Below, in pieces: positions 21,115 to 31,480 of a stretch of 64,000 bases of DNA. A model generated the notes under the pieces. The model made no database searches and was not told where the DNA came from. It saw only the letters and a list, made by a program, of their open reading frames with translations. Numbering within the stretch: position 1 is the stretch's first letter; every line of letters begins with the position of its first letter. Origin of the DNA: an uncultured Sutterella sp. (GTDB lineage Bacteria > Pseudomonadota > Gammaproteobacteria > Burkholderiales > Burkholderiaceae_F); contig URFF01000002.1 in assembly GCA_900546995.1 (NCBI GenBank), positions 1,237 through 65,236 on the forward strand, read 5' to 3'. A program made the translations under genes and the position numbers.

Positions 21115-22044
21115 ATGATAACGTCTGAGACGAAAAAAACGGGCTGGTTTAGTCGCCTAAAAGAAGGATTACACAAAACTCGTGTGAATATTATCGGTCT
21201 TTTCACGGGTGGGAAAGTTGATGAGGAGTTTTTAGAGGAGTTGGAGTTCGCTCTCATCTCGGCAGACATGGGGGTGCAAACCGTCAATGAGATGTTGGCT
21301 TCGTTGCGTGAGGCCATTCAGCTGAAGGGATTGAAGACTCAAGAAGAAGTCCGTTTGGAGCTTCGGGATCAATTGGTTAAATTATTGAAGCCAGCCGAAG
21401 GGCAACTTGATCTCAACCGGGAAAAGCCTTTGATCATGATGATGATCGGCGTTAATGGCGCCGGTAAGACCACCTCAATTGGGAAAATTAGTAAATGGTT
21501 TTCCAAAGAAGGGAAAAGCGTGCTTCTAGCGGCAGGAGATACCTTCAGAGCCGCAGCGCGTGAGCAACTTGCGGTTTGGGGGGAACGTAATCGTGTGGAG
21601 GTGATTGCCCAAACGGGAGGTGATCCGGCGGCGGTTGCTTTTGATGCTGTGAGTGCAGGCAAAGCACGTGGCACGGATGTTGTCATTGTTGATACCGCCG
21701 GTCGGTTGACGACGCAGACCCGTTTAATGGAAGAACTGAAACGCATCGCCCGTTCTCAGAATAAGGCCTTGCCGGGAGCGCCGCACGAAGTGATTTTGGT
21801 TATTGACGGAACAAATGGTCAAAATGCCTTGGCGCAAGTCAAAGCGTTTGACGAGGCTGTTCCGTTAACCGGCTTGATTATTACCAAGTTGGACGGAACG
21901 GCAAAGGGTGGCGTGTTAGCCGCCATTACTAAAATGCGACAAGATAAGCCGATTCCCATTTATTTCATTGGCGTTGGTGAACACATTGACGATCTGCAGC
22001 CGTTTAAAGCGGAAGAATTTGCCAACGCACTTATCGGTTTGTAG
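21115..22044 (+). CDS. ftsY: SRP receptor FtsY (NG domain only)
   Basis: GVNGAGKTT, DTFRAAA, DTAGR, TKLDGTAKGG; ATG 21115 chosen as start. Confidence 0.95.
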   Translation: MITSETKKTGWFSRLKEGLHKTRVNIIGLFTGGKVDEEFLEELEFALISADMGVQTVNEMLASLREAIQLKGLKTQEEVRLELRDQLVKLLKPAEGQLDLNREKPLIMMMIGVNGAGKTTSIGKISKWFSKEGKSVLLAAGDTFRAAAREQLAVWGERNRVEVIAQTGGDPAAVAFDAVSAGKARGTDVVIVDTAGRLTTQTRLMEELKRIARSQNKALPGAPHEVILVIDGTNGQNALAQVKAFDEAVPLTGLIITKLDGTAKGGVLAAITKMRQDKPIPIYFIGVGEHIDDLQPFKAEEFANALIGL

Positions 22045-22087
22045 TCAAACGATCACCTAACTGGATCAGGGGTCTCCCTGGTCCAAG

Positions 22088-24250
22088 TTAAAGGTGCTTT
22101 TTCAAGAATTCTTTGATTCTATCCCAGCGGCTTGCTGGCTCTTGTTGAGGTTTCTCAATGGGCTTGGGAGCTGTCATTTGGTTGGCCGCCTGAATTTCTT
22201 CGCTATTGAGTGATAAAACCGGTTGCCACCAATGACCACTGATGTAAAGCTTTGTTTTTAATCCTCTCAACGACCCGTTTAACTCACCTTTTAGCGTCTC
22301 ATTTTCTATATCAAGCTCAGCAACACCACTCATCGGGGCGCCTTTGAATTGGACATTTAAAGGAGATATCTCAGCTAATGCGTCGTGAATGGTCACGACG
22401 CCGCTGATTTGATCAACAGAGGTAAAAGCGGCGGGGTCTGCTTGAAGCGGTTTGAAATTTTCTACCCGTTCGAGCGCTTCTTGCAAATTTAGACCAAAAA
22501 GTTTCGTATTGATGGTTGAAAAGCCAATTTGCCCGTTCATACCATTCGTGTCTGTACCATTGCCGAAGAAGTGAGCCTGTATGTTCATCGTTCCGGGAAT
22601 CTTTTGTGTCGCTCCCGCTGATTGAACTAACGACTCCACACTGACGTTACTTGCGTCAGCGGTGATATTCCATTGTCCTGGAGCCTGTATGGTTAAGTCC
22701 GCTTGTACCCGACCATCATACAGTAAGGCAGAAATGCTAGGAAGGTGCAATACACCTTTTTGAATAGAGATCGGTGCCTTGAGTTGTTGGGCCTTTAATT
22801 TGGCGATTTCCAATTCACCAATGACGACACGACCGTTAAAGTCAAAATGATCTAAAAGTTTAAAGTCATATCGAGGAGAATTCGGTGCTTGTATAGATTC
22901 TTCTGATATAGCTGGAACTGGATTTAGCCCATCGGCCGTTACAGGTTCGGAAGTCGTTTGGTCAGACATTGTCTGATCGGACTCCATTTCCGATTTTTGC
23001 GTGCCAGGCAACTCGGTATTACTGTTGGTATCAACAACGGGCTTTTCACTCGAAAGGGGAGTATTAGAGATGCTCGATAAGAGTGCCAAGTCTTTAATTC
23101 GTAGACGCCCGATGACAAGTTCCCCTTCGATATTGGGATGCTTGTAGCCAACCACTTGTCCCTGGAAGTTGACCGGAGACTCGTTGAGGCGACTAAAAAG
23201 GGTTAGATTGATTTGTTGATTGTCATGGCATCCATCCGCTTGGCCGGAAATCGGGGAGGCCGACGTCGCCCGGGGTAACAAGACATGTCCCTGCAAGTGT
23301 TCGGCTTGCCAGAGACCTCCCGTTTGCTTGAAGCTGATTGGTGAGCGTAAATCCAATTCGAAACGGTCTTCACCCGAGCCCATTCGGTAGGTTATGCGCA
23401 AGTCTGGAGCTTCAAATTGATCCGGAGAGACTTTGAGCTCTGCGGTTGAAAGTGTTAATTGTTGAGATTTCTCTGCATTAAAGAAATTCAGTAGAGCCGT
23501 TTTACTGTAAAAGGCATTGTCTTTAAATTGCATAAGCGGAGAATCAAGTTCCCATTGGGTTGATGCTCCGTTATAAGTTCCGTTAGCGCGTAGGTGCAAT
23601 TGTTCAAAAGCCAAAGCGCCGGAGGCTAAGTTGACGTCTAAGGTAAAGCTGCTTTCGCCTTCCAGCAAAAGATCTTTTGTATCCGTTTTGATGCGCAACT
23701 GCGAACTAAAACTCACCGGAGCGTGCATCTGCGGAGCAGGATTGGCGACATAGGCAGAAAAATTGGTCAATTGGATGGAGTATTGTGAATCAACCAACCG
23801 AAAATCAGCATCTTTTAAGATGAGCGATTCAATAACAACGTCTTTGAAAAAACTTGTATTTTCAGTTCGGTAGTTACGAAGTGTTTCAATGAGCCGCTCC
23901 GAATCCATTGACTGAGTGGATAGACCTTCCAAGGTGAGTACTTGGCAATGGGAGCGTCCCAACAGGAGCCACCAAGGCTTTAGATCAAAATGAGCAGTAC
24001 GGAACTGTGCGATTGTTGAATCTGATGAATTTTTAATCGTTGTTGCTGGCAGATGAACTTCAACGGTGGGTAAAACCTTGACCGTTGGTAATTCGTTCAT
24101 TTGAAGCGTTAGACCGTTTTGAGCGAAAGCTTTTTGAAGATGTTGTTGCACCCTTTCTGGGGTCACGAGCAAGAAAAGCGCGACCACACACACCATCGCG
24201 GCTAAAACGATGATGGCAATCAACCATAAAAGTCGTCTAACGATTCGCAT
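22088..24250 (-). CDS. AsmA family protein
   Basis: N-terminal TM, beta-rich body, AsmA-like C-terminal region (ALLYDG). Confidence 0.7.
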   Translation of the reverse strand: MRIVRRLLWLIAIIVLAAMVCVVALFLLVTPERVQQHLQKAFAQNGLTLQMNELPTVKVLPTVEVHLPATTIKNSSDSTIAQFRTAHFDLKPWWLLLGRSHCQVLTLEGLSTQSMDSERLIETLRNYRTENTSFFKDVVIESLILKDADFRLVDSQYSIQLTNFSAYVANPAPQMHAPVSFSSQLRIKTDTKDLLLEGESSFTLDVNLASGALAFEQLHLRANGTYNGASTQWELDSPLMQFKDNAFYSKTALLNFFNAEKSQQLTLSTAELKVSPDQFEAPDLRITYRMGSGEDRFELDLRSPISFKQTGGLWQAEHLQGHVLLPRATSASPISGQADGCHDNQQINLTLFSRLNESPVNFQGQVVGYKHPNIEGELVIGRLRIKDLALLSSISNTPLSSEKPVVDTNSNTELPGTQKSEMESDQTMSDQTTSEPVTADGLNPVPAISEESIQAPNSPRYDFKLLDHFDFNGRVVIGELEIAKLKAQQLKAPISIQKGVLHLPSISALLYDGRVQADLTIQAPGQWNITADASNVSVESLVQSAGATQKIPGTMNIQAHFFGNGTDTNGMNGQIGFSTINTKLFGLNLQEALERVENFKPLQADPAAFTSVDQISGVVTIHDALAEISPLNVQFKGAPMSGVAELDIENETLKGELNGSLRGLKTKLYISGHWWQPVLSLNSEEIQAANQMTAPKPIEKPQQEPASRWDRIKEFLKKHL

Positions 24251-24339
24251 GAAACAAAACCGTGCAAAGGAGGTAATAGAGTCAACAAAACGTAAAATAG
24301 CACAAAAAATCAGGGGGCAATGCGCTGGTTTAAAAACTT

Positions 24340-24717
24340 TTACTTAGGCTGCTTCCACTTATCACGAATTGTTTGGCGTAAATTCGGTGCGAGTCGCTCC
24401 AGAGCGTCTAGTGTCATGAAGATAGAATTCCGTCCCCGATTGGAGAGTTCCCGGAAACGAGCAAGCAGTTCATTTTCTTCCTCGATCGGATTGTGACGCT
24501 CGCTTGTGATGATAAAGAGGATGTCAAAACCACAGTCGTTTAAGCGAGGCATGCGAAAGATACCGGGGTCCTCTTGACCTTCTTCGTACTTTTGATAAGT
24601 TTGCAACGGCACCCCGAGGAGTTGGGCAATTTGCAACTCCGTGTAACCTAAGCGTTCTCGTTCGGAACGAAGTCTTTCACCGAACTCACGACGACGTTTG
24701 GATAGTACTGTTGCCAT
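24340..24717 (-). CDS. XRE-family HTH transcriptional regulator
   Basis: FGERLRSERERLG...YEEG..P HTH_3 pattern. Confidence 0.8.
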   Translation of the reverse strand: MATVLSKRRREFGERLRSERERLGYTELQIAQLLGVPLQTYQKYEEGQEDPGIFRMPRLNDCGFDILFIITSERHNPIEEENELLARFRELSNRGRNSIFMTLDALERLAPNLRQTIRDKWKQPK

Positions 24718-24737
24718 AAATTAAAAGTGTGTCTGAA

Positions 24738-24763
24738 AAGGGTTGGCAACAATGCCAACCCTT
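24738..24763 (-). terminator. Terminator hairpin after ychF
   Basis: AAGGGTTGGCA/TGCCAACCCTT stem. Confidence 0.6.
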
Positions 24764-24777
24764 CGATTGTAAAGGAT

Positions 24778-25872
24778 TTAAACGTTGAATAAGAAATTCA
24801 TGACATCGCCGTCATGAACAACATAATCTTTGCCTTCGGCACGCATTTTGCCCGCTTCTTGAGCACCTTTTTCACCGTGGTGAGCAATGTAGTCCTCGAA
24901 AGAAATGGTTTGGGCACGAATGAAGCCGCGTTCAAAGTCGGTGTGAATGACACCGGCTGCTTGAGGCGCTGTATCACCCTTGTGAATTGTCCAAGCGCGA
25001 ACTTCCTTTGGGCCGGCTGTGAAATAGGTCTGCAGGCCCAGTAGATCGTAACCGGCGCGAATCACGCGATCAAGCCCGGCTTCATGCATGCCCATATCCT
25101 CAAGGAACATGGCCTTATCGTCTTCATCAAGCTCGGCGATTTCGGCTTCAATTTTTGCGCATAAAGCAACTACAGGAGCATTTTCTTTCGCCGCAATGGC
25201 TTTGACTGCATCCAGTAAGGGATTGTTTTCAAAACCCGTGTCATCCACATTGGCGACATACATGGTGGGTTTGACGGTCAGAAGACAAAGCGGCTTGATG
25301 ATCGCTTTTTCATCTTTAGTCAATTCAACTTGTCGGGCGGGTTTGCCTTCATTTAAAACCGGTTGAATCTTCTCAAGTACCGTTACGAGTTTGAGCGCTT
25401 CCTTATCGCCGCCTTGACGAGCTTGTTTTGAATACTTGTTGAGCATGCGGTCAACGGTTGCCAAGTCTGCAAGGGCGAGTTCCGTATTAATGACTTCAAT
25501 ATCCTCAGTCGGATCCACATGGCCGGCGACGTGTACGATGTTGTCATCATTGAAACAACGGACAATATGGGCAATGGCATCGCACTCACGAATATTCGCA
25601 AGGAACTGATTCCCTAACCCTTCACCCTTACTCGCACCGGCGACAAGACCTGCAATATCAACAAATTCGACAACAGCGGGAACGATGCGCAAAGGAGAAA
25701 CGATATTCGCGAGTTGCTTTAAGCGTGGATCGGGGACTTCAACAATGCCGACATTGGGTTCAATCGTGCAGAAGGGATAATTTTCTGCAGCAATACCAGC
25801 CTTGGTTAAAGCATTAAAAATTGTGGATTTACCCACATTGGGTAGTCCGACAATACCACATTTCAATCCCAT
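24778..25872 (-). CDS. ychF: Ribosome-binding ATPase YchF
   Basis: [28 protein letters not shown] domain. Confidence 0.97.
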   Translation of the reverse strand: MGLKCGIVGLPNVGKSTIFNALTKAGIAAENYPFCTIEPNVGIVEVPDPRLKQLANIVSPLRIVPAVVEFVDIAGLVAGASKGEGLGNQFLANIRECDAIAHIVRCFNDDNIVHVAGHVDPTEDIEVINTELALADLATVDRMLNKYSKQARQGGDKEALKLVTVLEKIQPVLNEGKPARQVELTKDEKAIIKPLCLLTVKPTMYVANVDDTGFENNPLLDAVKAIAAKENAPVVALCAKIEAEIAELDEDDKAMFLEDMGMHEAGLDRVIRAGYDLLGLQTYFTAGPKEVRAWTIHKGDTAPQAAGVIHTDFERGFIRAQTISFEDYIAHHGEKGAQEAGKMRAEGKDYVVHDGDVMNFLFNV

Positions 25873-25931
25873 GATAATTTCCGGTAAAAAAGTCTATAAC
25901 CAATGAATTTTAACATTCGACGAGGACGGCC

Positions 25932-26426
25932 TCAATCAACGAGCTGAGCTTCTAATTCGTCTAATTGCGTTTCGTCAAACGTTTGGATTCCTTCCTTTTG
26001 TAGGGCCAGAGCCAACACGCCAAGGCCTTCAATAAGAGTGCCGTTAAAATGCCCATCGTGAAGACAGCGGGTGGCACAGGCGGGGCTTCGCTGCTTTAAA
26101 AGTGCCAAGCGGATATGATTGCGTTTGGCCATATTGATGCAAGCTTGAACGCCGAAAAGATAATCGTCGGTGCAGTCGTTCCCACTTTTACTGAGAATTC
26201 GAGCTTTCCCATCGAGAACATCTTGGGCTGTTTTGCCCGGCTCTATTTCACAGGGTTCACGGGGGACCCATAAACCGCCCATGCATTCGGGGCAAATCGG
26301 AACAAATCGTTTTTCCTTTGCCCATTGGAAAATGCGTTGATCCGTAATCCGAAGAACCTGGGCGTCATAGCGGACACGCTCGCCAAGTAGGCAGCCGCTA
26401 GCAAGAATCTTTTCTTTTTGTTTCAC
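25932..26426 (-). CDS. DUF523 / TudS-like Fe-S protein
   Basis: [29 protein letters not shown] start overlaps pth stop. Confidence 0.8.
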   Translation of the reverse strand: MKQKEKILASGCLLGERVRYDAQVLRITDQRIFQWAKEKRFVPICPECMGGLWVPREPCEIEPGKTAQDVLDGKARILSKSGNDCTDDYLFGVQACINMAKRNHIRLALLKQRSPACATRCLHDGHFNGTLIEGLGVLALALQKEGIQTFDETQLDELEAQLVD

Positions 26427-27046
26427 AATGATTCCTTCTTATCTGTTTTTTCACGAGGGTGACCGAATTTTGCGATGGAACGCTGTACACGAGCCATGTC
26501 ACCGGTGGCAATATCATTCGTTGTTTTGAGTGCAGCGTCAATACACTCATCAATTAAAGCACGATCCTCACTTGATGGTGCGTGAAGCACAAAGTCAATA
26601 ACCGGCTGAGCTAAACCGAGTGAACGAGGGTGGCCCGTACCTAATCGAAGGCGCCAAAAATTAGGGGTCGATAATTTTTCCGTAATATCCTTTAACCCAT
26701 TGTGTCCGGCATTACCTCCACCTTTTTTGACTTTCATGCAGCCAGGTAATAGATCCATCTCATCGTGAACGACCAAAATTTCTTCCGGCAGGATCTTGTA
26801 GTATAGGGCAAGGGCAACGACAGCCTGACCGGAACGGTTCATATAGGTACTCGGCTTTAATAGCCAAACTTCTTGGCCAGCCATGCGAACCTTAGCTACT
26901 TGACCGAAAAACTTTTTCTCTTCATGAAAGAAGATAGATTCTCTTTGGGCTAATCGATCCAGAAACCAGAATCCCGCATTATGTCGGGTATTTTCATAAT
27001 CGGGCCCGGGATTTCCCAACCCGACAATTAAACGTATTTGTGCCAT
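26423..27046 (-). CDS. pth: Peptidyl-tRNA hydrolase
   Basis: VGLGNPG, TRHNAG, YMNRSG, GHNGLK. Confidence 0.97.
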   Translation of the reverse strand: MAQIRLIVGLGNPGPDYENTRHNAGFWFLDRLAQRESIFFHEEKKFFGQVAKVRMAGQEVWLLKPSTYMNRSGQAVVALALYYKILPEEILVVHDEMDLLPGCMKVKKGGGNAGHNGLKDITEKLSTPNFWRLRLGTGHPRSLGLAQPVIDFVLHAPSSEDRALIDECIDAALKTTNDIATGDMARVQRSIAKFGHPREKTDKKESL

Positions 27047-27189
27047 TTGTTTGTTTTGATAATTGCAGTTAAAGCATTTGAAATGACTAACTGTCGAATT
27101 GTACCGAAGAAGCCGTATTGTATCCGTCTCTGAGATCAGTGCCTGACTAAGTGTGTCATAATGAATTCTCTCTGAGAGGAAAACTCAAA

Positions 27190-27969
27190 ATGTCAACGAT
27201 TTTATTTGCTTCGCCGGTATTCGGACCGGTAAAAAGCCGTCGTCTTGGTGTGTCGCTTGGTATCAACTTGTTGCCTGAGACCGGAAAGGTCTGTACTTTT
27301 GATTGCATCTATTGTGAATGCGGTTTGAATGCTCAAAGAAAAACAGCGCAAAAACTACCGTCTCGCGAGAAGGTTGCCTCTGAGTTGGAACAAACTCTAA
27401 TCAGAATGCGACAAGAAGGTAGCGCTCTTGATGTCATTACGTTTGCAGGTAACGGTGAGCCGACGGCTCATCCCCATTTCGCAGAAATCATTGATGACGT
27501 GATAAACCTCCGTAATCGATACTATCCAGCCGCGAAAATCAGTGTCCTCACAAACGGAACGCAAGTTCACAAAGCCGCCGTTTTTTCGGCACTGATGCGT
27601 ATTGAGAACAATATTTTGAAACTTGATACGGTGGATGAAAACTATATCAAGTTAGTCGATCGACCGACTTCACACTATAGTGTTCAGTCTCAGATTGAAG
27701 CGTTTGCCCGATTTAAGGGACATGCCATTATTCAGACGATGTTTTTAAAAGGAACGGATTCGGATGGGCATGACGTTGCGAATGTGAGTGACCGCTTTGT
27801 TTTACCATGGATTGAGGCTCTAAAGGTGATTCAACCCGAAGAGGTGATGGTTTATACGATTGATCGGGAAACGCCGGAGTCTGGGCTGATGAAGGCTTCG
27901 CCTGAAGAACTTGATCGTATTGGCGAATTGGTTAAGTCGGCTGGTTTTACCGTTCAAGTCTCGTATTGA
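27190..27969 (+). CDS. Radical SAM protein of unknown function
   Basis: GPVKSRRLGVSLG, CxxxCxxC (CTFDCIYC), GNGEPT; SD GAGAGGA upstream. Confidence 0.85.
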   Translation: MSTILFASPVFGPVKSRRLGVSLGINLLPETGKVCTFDCIYCECGLNAQRKTAQKLPSREKVASELEQTLIRMRQEGSALDVITFAGNGEPTAHPHFAEIIDDVINLRNRYYPAAKISVLTNGTQVHKAAVFSALMRIENNILKLDTVDENYIKLVDRPTSHYSVQSQIEAFARFKGHAIIQTMFLKGTDSDGHDVANVSDRFVLPWIEALKVIQPEEVMVYTIDRETPESGLMKASPEELDRIGELVKSAGFTVQVSY

Positions 27970-27997
27970 TCTCTCGTAGCGGTTAGACCACAAACGA

Positions 27998-28028
27998 AAA
28001 GGGCGAACCCTCTAGGATTTCGCCCTTT
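27998..28028. terminator. Bidirectional terminator between radical SAM gene and rplY
   Basis: AAAGGGCGAA...TTCGCCCTTT inverted repeat. Confidence 0.65.
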
Positions 28029-28052
28029 ATCGTTAGTTTCGATGAAAACCGA

Positions 28053-28691
28053 TTACTTGGCAGCGGCCGGAGCAGCAGCGGCGTCGGCGGCCGGAGCGGC
28101 AGCGTCAGCAGCAGCGGCGGCGTCTTCATCTTCAACTTGTGCAACCACAGAAACCACCACCGGGTCTTCGTTACCGCGAACAACGGCACGAACATTTTCC
28201 GGCAATGCGATGTTAGAAACACGCATCGTGGTTTGAGCCGTCAAGCCAGACAAGTCCACAGAAATGAATTCCGGCAAGTCTTTCGGCAAGCAGCTGACCG
28301 TGATAGCGCTCATAGCGTGGCTGACCATACCCTTGCTGACCTTGACAGCGGGGCTGTTTTCAGCGCCGAAGAAGTGCAACGGAACCGTCATCACAACCGG
28401 TTCATTCGGGTCAATGCGTTGGAAGTCAATGTGAAGCACTTGCGGTTTGTACGGGTGCATTTGGAAAGCACGCAAAACCACCAATTGTTCCTTACCGTCC
28501 AATTCCATCGTCAAAATCGAGGAGTGGAAGCTTTCCTTACGCAAAGCGTAGAAAATCGGATTGTGATCGAGCTCGATCATCGTGGCAGCTTCGTTGCCGC
28601 CGTAGAGGATACCCGGCAACTTGTCAGCACGGCGCAGACGGCGGCTCGCACCCGTACCTTGCGCTTGACGCGTAGTGGCGATAATGTTCAT
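28053..28691 (-). CDS. rplY: 50S ribosomal protein L25/Ctc
   Basis: GTGASRRLRR, PGILYG, HIDFQR, TL5 C-domain, Ala-rich tail. Confidence 0.97.
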   Translation of the reverse strand: MNIIATTRQAQGTGASRRLRRADKLPGILYGGNEAATMIELDHNPIFYALRKESFHSSILTMELDGKEQLVVLRAFQMHPYKPQVLHIDFQRIDPNEPVVMTVPLHFFGAENSPAVKVSKGMVSHAMSAITVSCLPKDLPEFISVDLSGLTAQTTMRVSNIALPENVRAVVRGNEDPVVVSVVAQVEDEDAAAAADAAAPAADAAAAPAAAK

Positions 28692-28714
28692 GAGAGTTTC
28701 TCCAAAAATAAAAA

Positions 28715-28740
28715 TCCCGGGACGCGACCATCCACCAGGA
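28715..28740 (-). promoter_or_regulatory. Putative rplY leader hairpin
   Basis: Minus strand UCCUGGUGGA-UGGUCGCG-UCCCGGGA about 25 nt upstream of rplY ATG; L25 autoregulation is known in proteobacteria, assignment inferred. Confidence 0.35.
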
Positions 28741-28890
28741 GTAAAGGATTCGAAAATCCTTTGAAAAAATCACTGACTCAGTGACAAACGAGGAGGTTAT
28801 TTTACTGATTTTGCGTAAAAAACCAAACTCGGAAAATAAAACGAGCGGAAAGTTAAACAATCCGCTCGGGAAAAGACATCTTCAGAAAGA

Positions 28891-29862
28891 CTATTCTTCA
28901 AAAAGTGCGCTCACAGAATCTTCACGAGCGATACGGGAAATCGTTTCACCGAAAAGATCTGCAGCAGAGACTTGAATGATCTTCGGGCACTTTTGAGCCT
29001 CTTCCTTCAGGGGAATGGTGTCGGTGACAACCAATTCATCCAATTCGGAGTGCGTAATACGTTCAACAGCAGGACCGGAAAGCACTGGGTGCGTGATGTA
29101 GGCGCAAACCTTGACTGCACCGCGATCTTTAAGGGCCTTGGCGGCGTTGCAAAGCGTACCGGCCGTATCCACGATGTCGTCCGTAATGATGCAAGTACGA
29201 CCAGAGACATCACCGATCAAGTTCATCACTTCTGCGACATTGGCACGGGGACGACGCTTATCGATAATGGCTAAGTCGGTGTTTAAAGACTTGGCCATGG
29301 CGCGAGCGCGGACTACACCGCCAACATCAGGCGAGACAACGACGAGATTTTCGTAGTTGCGGCTCTTTAATTCTTTTAACAAAATCGGTGTCGCGTAGAT
29401 ATTGTCGACCGGCACGTCAAAGAAACCTTGAATTTGGTCGGCATGCAAGTCCATCGTGAGCACGCGGTCAACACCAACGGATTGAAGCATGTTGGCAACC
29501 ACTTTGGCGGAAATAGCCACACGAGCCGAACGCGGGCGACGATCCTGACGGGCATAGCCGTAGTAGGGCATAACCGCAGTGATACGACGAGCTGATGCAC
29601 GACGTAAGGCATCAACCATGATCGTCAGTTCCATCAAATTGTCATTGGTGGGAGAGCACGTGCTTTGAAGGATGAAAACGTCGCGGCCGCGGACTTTTTC
29701 ATCAATTTCAACCATCACTTCGCCGTCAGAGAAATGACTCACGACAGCTTTTCCAAGGGGAATGTTGAGATGATCTGCGACTGCTTGGGCAAGTTTGGGG
29801 TTGGCATTGCCCGTGAAGACCATGAGATTATCCGGAACCATAGGGACCATAATGTTACTCAC
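28891..29862 (-). CDS. prs: Ribose-phosphate pyrophosphokinase
   Basis: [28 protein letters not shown]. Confidence 0.97.
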   Translation of the reverse strand: MSNIMVPMVPDNLMVFTGNANPKLAQAVADHLNIPLGKAVVSHFSDGEVMVEIDEKVRGRDVFILQSTCSPTNDNLMELTIMVDALRRASARRITAVMPYYGYARQDRRPRSARVAISAKVVANMLQSVGVDRVLTMDLHADQIQGFFDVPVDNIYATPILLKELKSRNYENLVVVSPDVGGVVRARAMAKSLNTDLAIIDKRRPRANVAEVMNLIGDVSGRTCIITDDIVDTAGTLCNAAKALKDRGAVKVCAYITHPVLSGPAVERITHSELDELVVTDTIPLKEEAQKCPKIIQVSAADLFGETISRIAREDSVSALFEE

Positions 29863-29972
29863 CGAAAGTTAAGAAGAGAGAGCTCTTCGGTTAGTCTTCT
29901 GCAGTTCAAACGTTGAACTGCGGAGGTAGAAAAACAAACGGGAGCTCGCACATCATGCTTGCTCCCGAAAGT

Positions 29973-30050
29973 TGGCAGGGGAGGAAGGATTCGAACCTTC
30001 GAATGCCGGAATCAAAATCCGGTGCCTTAGGCCAGCTTGGCGACTCCCCT
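29973..30050 (-). tRNA. tRNA-Gln(TTG)
   Basis: Cloverleaf AGGGGAG/CTCCCCT acceptor, anticodon arm CCGGA-TTTTGAT-TCCGG, TTCGAAT T-loop, encoded CCA; ispE-tRNA-prs synteny. Confidence 0.97.
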
Positions 30051-30062
30051 ACAAATTCTGGG

Positions 30063-30911
30063 TCAGCATATGAATGCTGACGATGCCGGATGTATTTTAA
30101 GGCTTTTTACTAAAAAATGTTGCCAATTTATCGGCAGAGCCTCAAATATCCGTTCCGCTTGTTCTTCGGACACCTTCGCAAAAGCGGCTGATCCCGATCC
30201 GGTCAAACGGAATTCTGGCAACAGCTCAAAAAGCTTGGCAATCGTCGGATTGACCAGTTTTGCAACAGGTTCCAAATCATTGTGCCCCAGCTTCATCCAC
30301 TCGTCTGGCGAGCTAACGCTGTTGAGGATCGATATTTTGAAGGATTTTGAATCCCTTGTCAAGAGGGGATGCGAAAAAATTTCTGGTGTCGCCTGACCGA
30401 CCCCGGGCCAGACCACTGCAAAAGTCATTTCCGGGACATCAATTGCCGTTAATTTTTCCCCGATACCTTCGACCCAAGCATTGGTTCCGAGTAAAAAGAA
30501 AGGAACGTCGGCTCCAAGCCGCTGCCCCAATTGCATCAGTCTTTCTCTGGGAAGATTTAATCCCCAAAGTCGGTTAAGTCCTAAAAGGGTTGTCGCGGCG
30601 TCAGAAGAACCGCCTCCCATACCAGCTCCTGCGGGAATCCGTTTAATCACATTGATTTCAACCCCCAGGGGTACAGAAAATGTTTGCTGAAGCAGTTGAG
30701 CCGCCCGAACGCAAAGATCCTTTTTCGGGTCACCGATAATATCACCCGTTCGTCGAATGACGGCTTCGTCTATTAATTTCAGTTCGATCGTATCGCAAAG
30801 ATCAATTAATACAAAAATGGATTGCAACGTGTGGTAGCCGTTCGGTAATCGTCCGGTAACGTGCAAAAATAAATTCAGTTTGGCTGGGGCCGGAAGCGAT
30901 AATGAAGACAT
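30063..30911 (-). CDS. ispE: 4-diphosphocytidyl-2-C-methyl-D-erythritol kinase
   Basis: PAKLNLFLH, GAGMGGGSSDAA, GADVPFF, TGSGS. Confidence 0.95.
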   Translation of the reverse strand: MSSLSLPAPAKLNLFLHVTGRLPNGYHTLQSIFVLIDLCDTIELKLIDEAVIRRTGDIIGDPKKDLCVRAAQLLQQTFSVPLGVEINVIKRIPAGAGMGGGSSDAATTLLGLNRLWGLNLPRERLMQLGQRLGADVPFFLLGTNAWVEGIGEKLTAIDVPEMTFAVVWPGVGQATPEIFSHPLLTRDSKSFKISILNSVSSPDEWMKLGHNDLEPVAKLVNPTIAKLFELLPEFRLTGSGSAAFAKVSEEQAERIFEALPINWQHFLVKSLKIHPASSAFIC

Positions 30912-30913
30912 TT

Positions 30914-31468
30914 TTACGGTCTCCGCGAATTAATCACAATCGTCATTGAAATGGCCGGATTGTCAGGCGTTTGCGCACGCATCAAGCGAAGTCGGCTCGG
31001 GTAGCCGTTCGCGTAGGCTAAATAGGTAATGGTCCAACCGTCTTGGAGGATTGTTTGATATGGCGCTTTACCGGGAACGGTTTTCGCTTCTGATGAGGGG
31101 GCAATTTGCCCGTCTAACCAATATTCAAGACCGGTAATAGGAACGGAAAATCCGAGTGTTGACTTCATTAAATCCTGAGCATCTTGGGCTCTGACAGTCT
31201 CAATTCCAACGGCTTGCACTTGAGCGTAGTCTTGACCTTGTTCAATTCGTGCAAGCGTGTTGCCTAAGGCGCTCTTTAAATCCAAGACAGTCAGAACATT
31301 GGGGGTATGTGACAGTTGAAAGTGCCCCGATTGGTGATCTTCAAGCGTGGCACTTTGAACTGATAGCGCAAAGCGCCCTTGCCAAAGTTTTTCCAATTTT
31401 GGTGTTTGAAGGCTCATGCAGCCCGCTAAAAGGCTTGATAGGCACAACACTAATACGAGTCGCCGCAT
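30914..31468 (-). CDS. lolB: Outer membrane lipoprotein LolB
   Basis: Lipobox LAGC, WQGRFAL, QDGWTI; upstream of ispE. Confidence 0.85.
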   Translation of the reverse strand: MRRLVLVLCLSSLLAGCMSLQTPKLEKLWQGRFALSVQSATLEDHQSGHFQLSHTPNVLTVLDLKSALGNTLARIEQGQDYAQVQAVGIETVRAQDAQDLMKSTLGFSVPITGLEYWLDGQIAPSSEAKTVPGKAPYQTILQDGWTITYLAYANGYPSRLRLMRAQTPDNPAISMTIVINSRRP

Positions 31469-31480
31469 ACGTTAGCCCTA

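Noticed and set aside
28060..28125. GCGGC-rich short repeats
   Set aside because: They encode the Ala-rich tail of L25; not a CRISPR or REP array
28137..28784. 215-aa ORF antisense to rplY
   Set aside because: Shadow ORF of a highly biased gene
29973..30050. tRNA as an integration site
   Set aside because: No integrase or duplicated tRNA 3' end; ispE-tRNA-prs order intact
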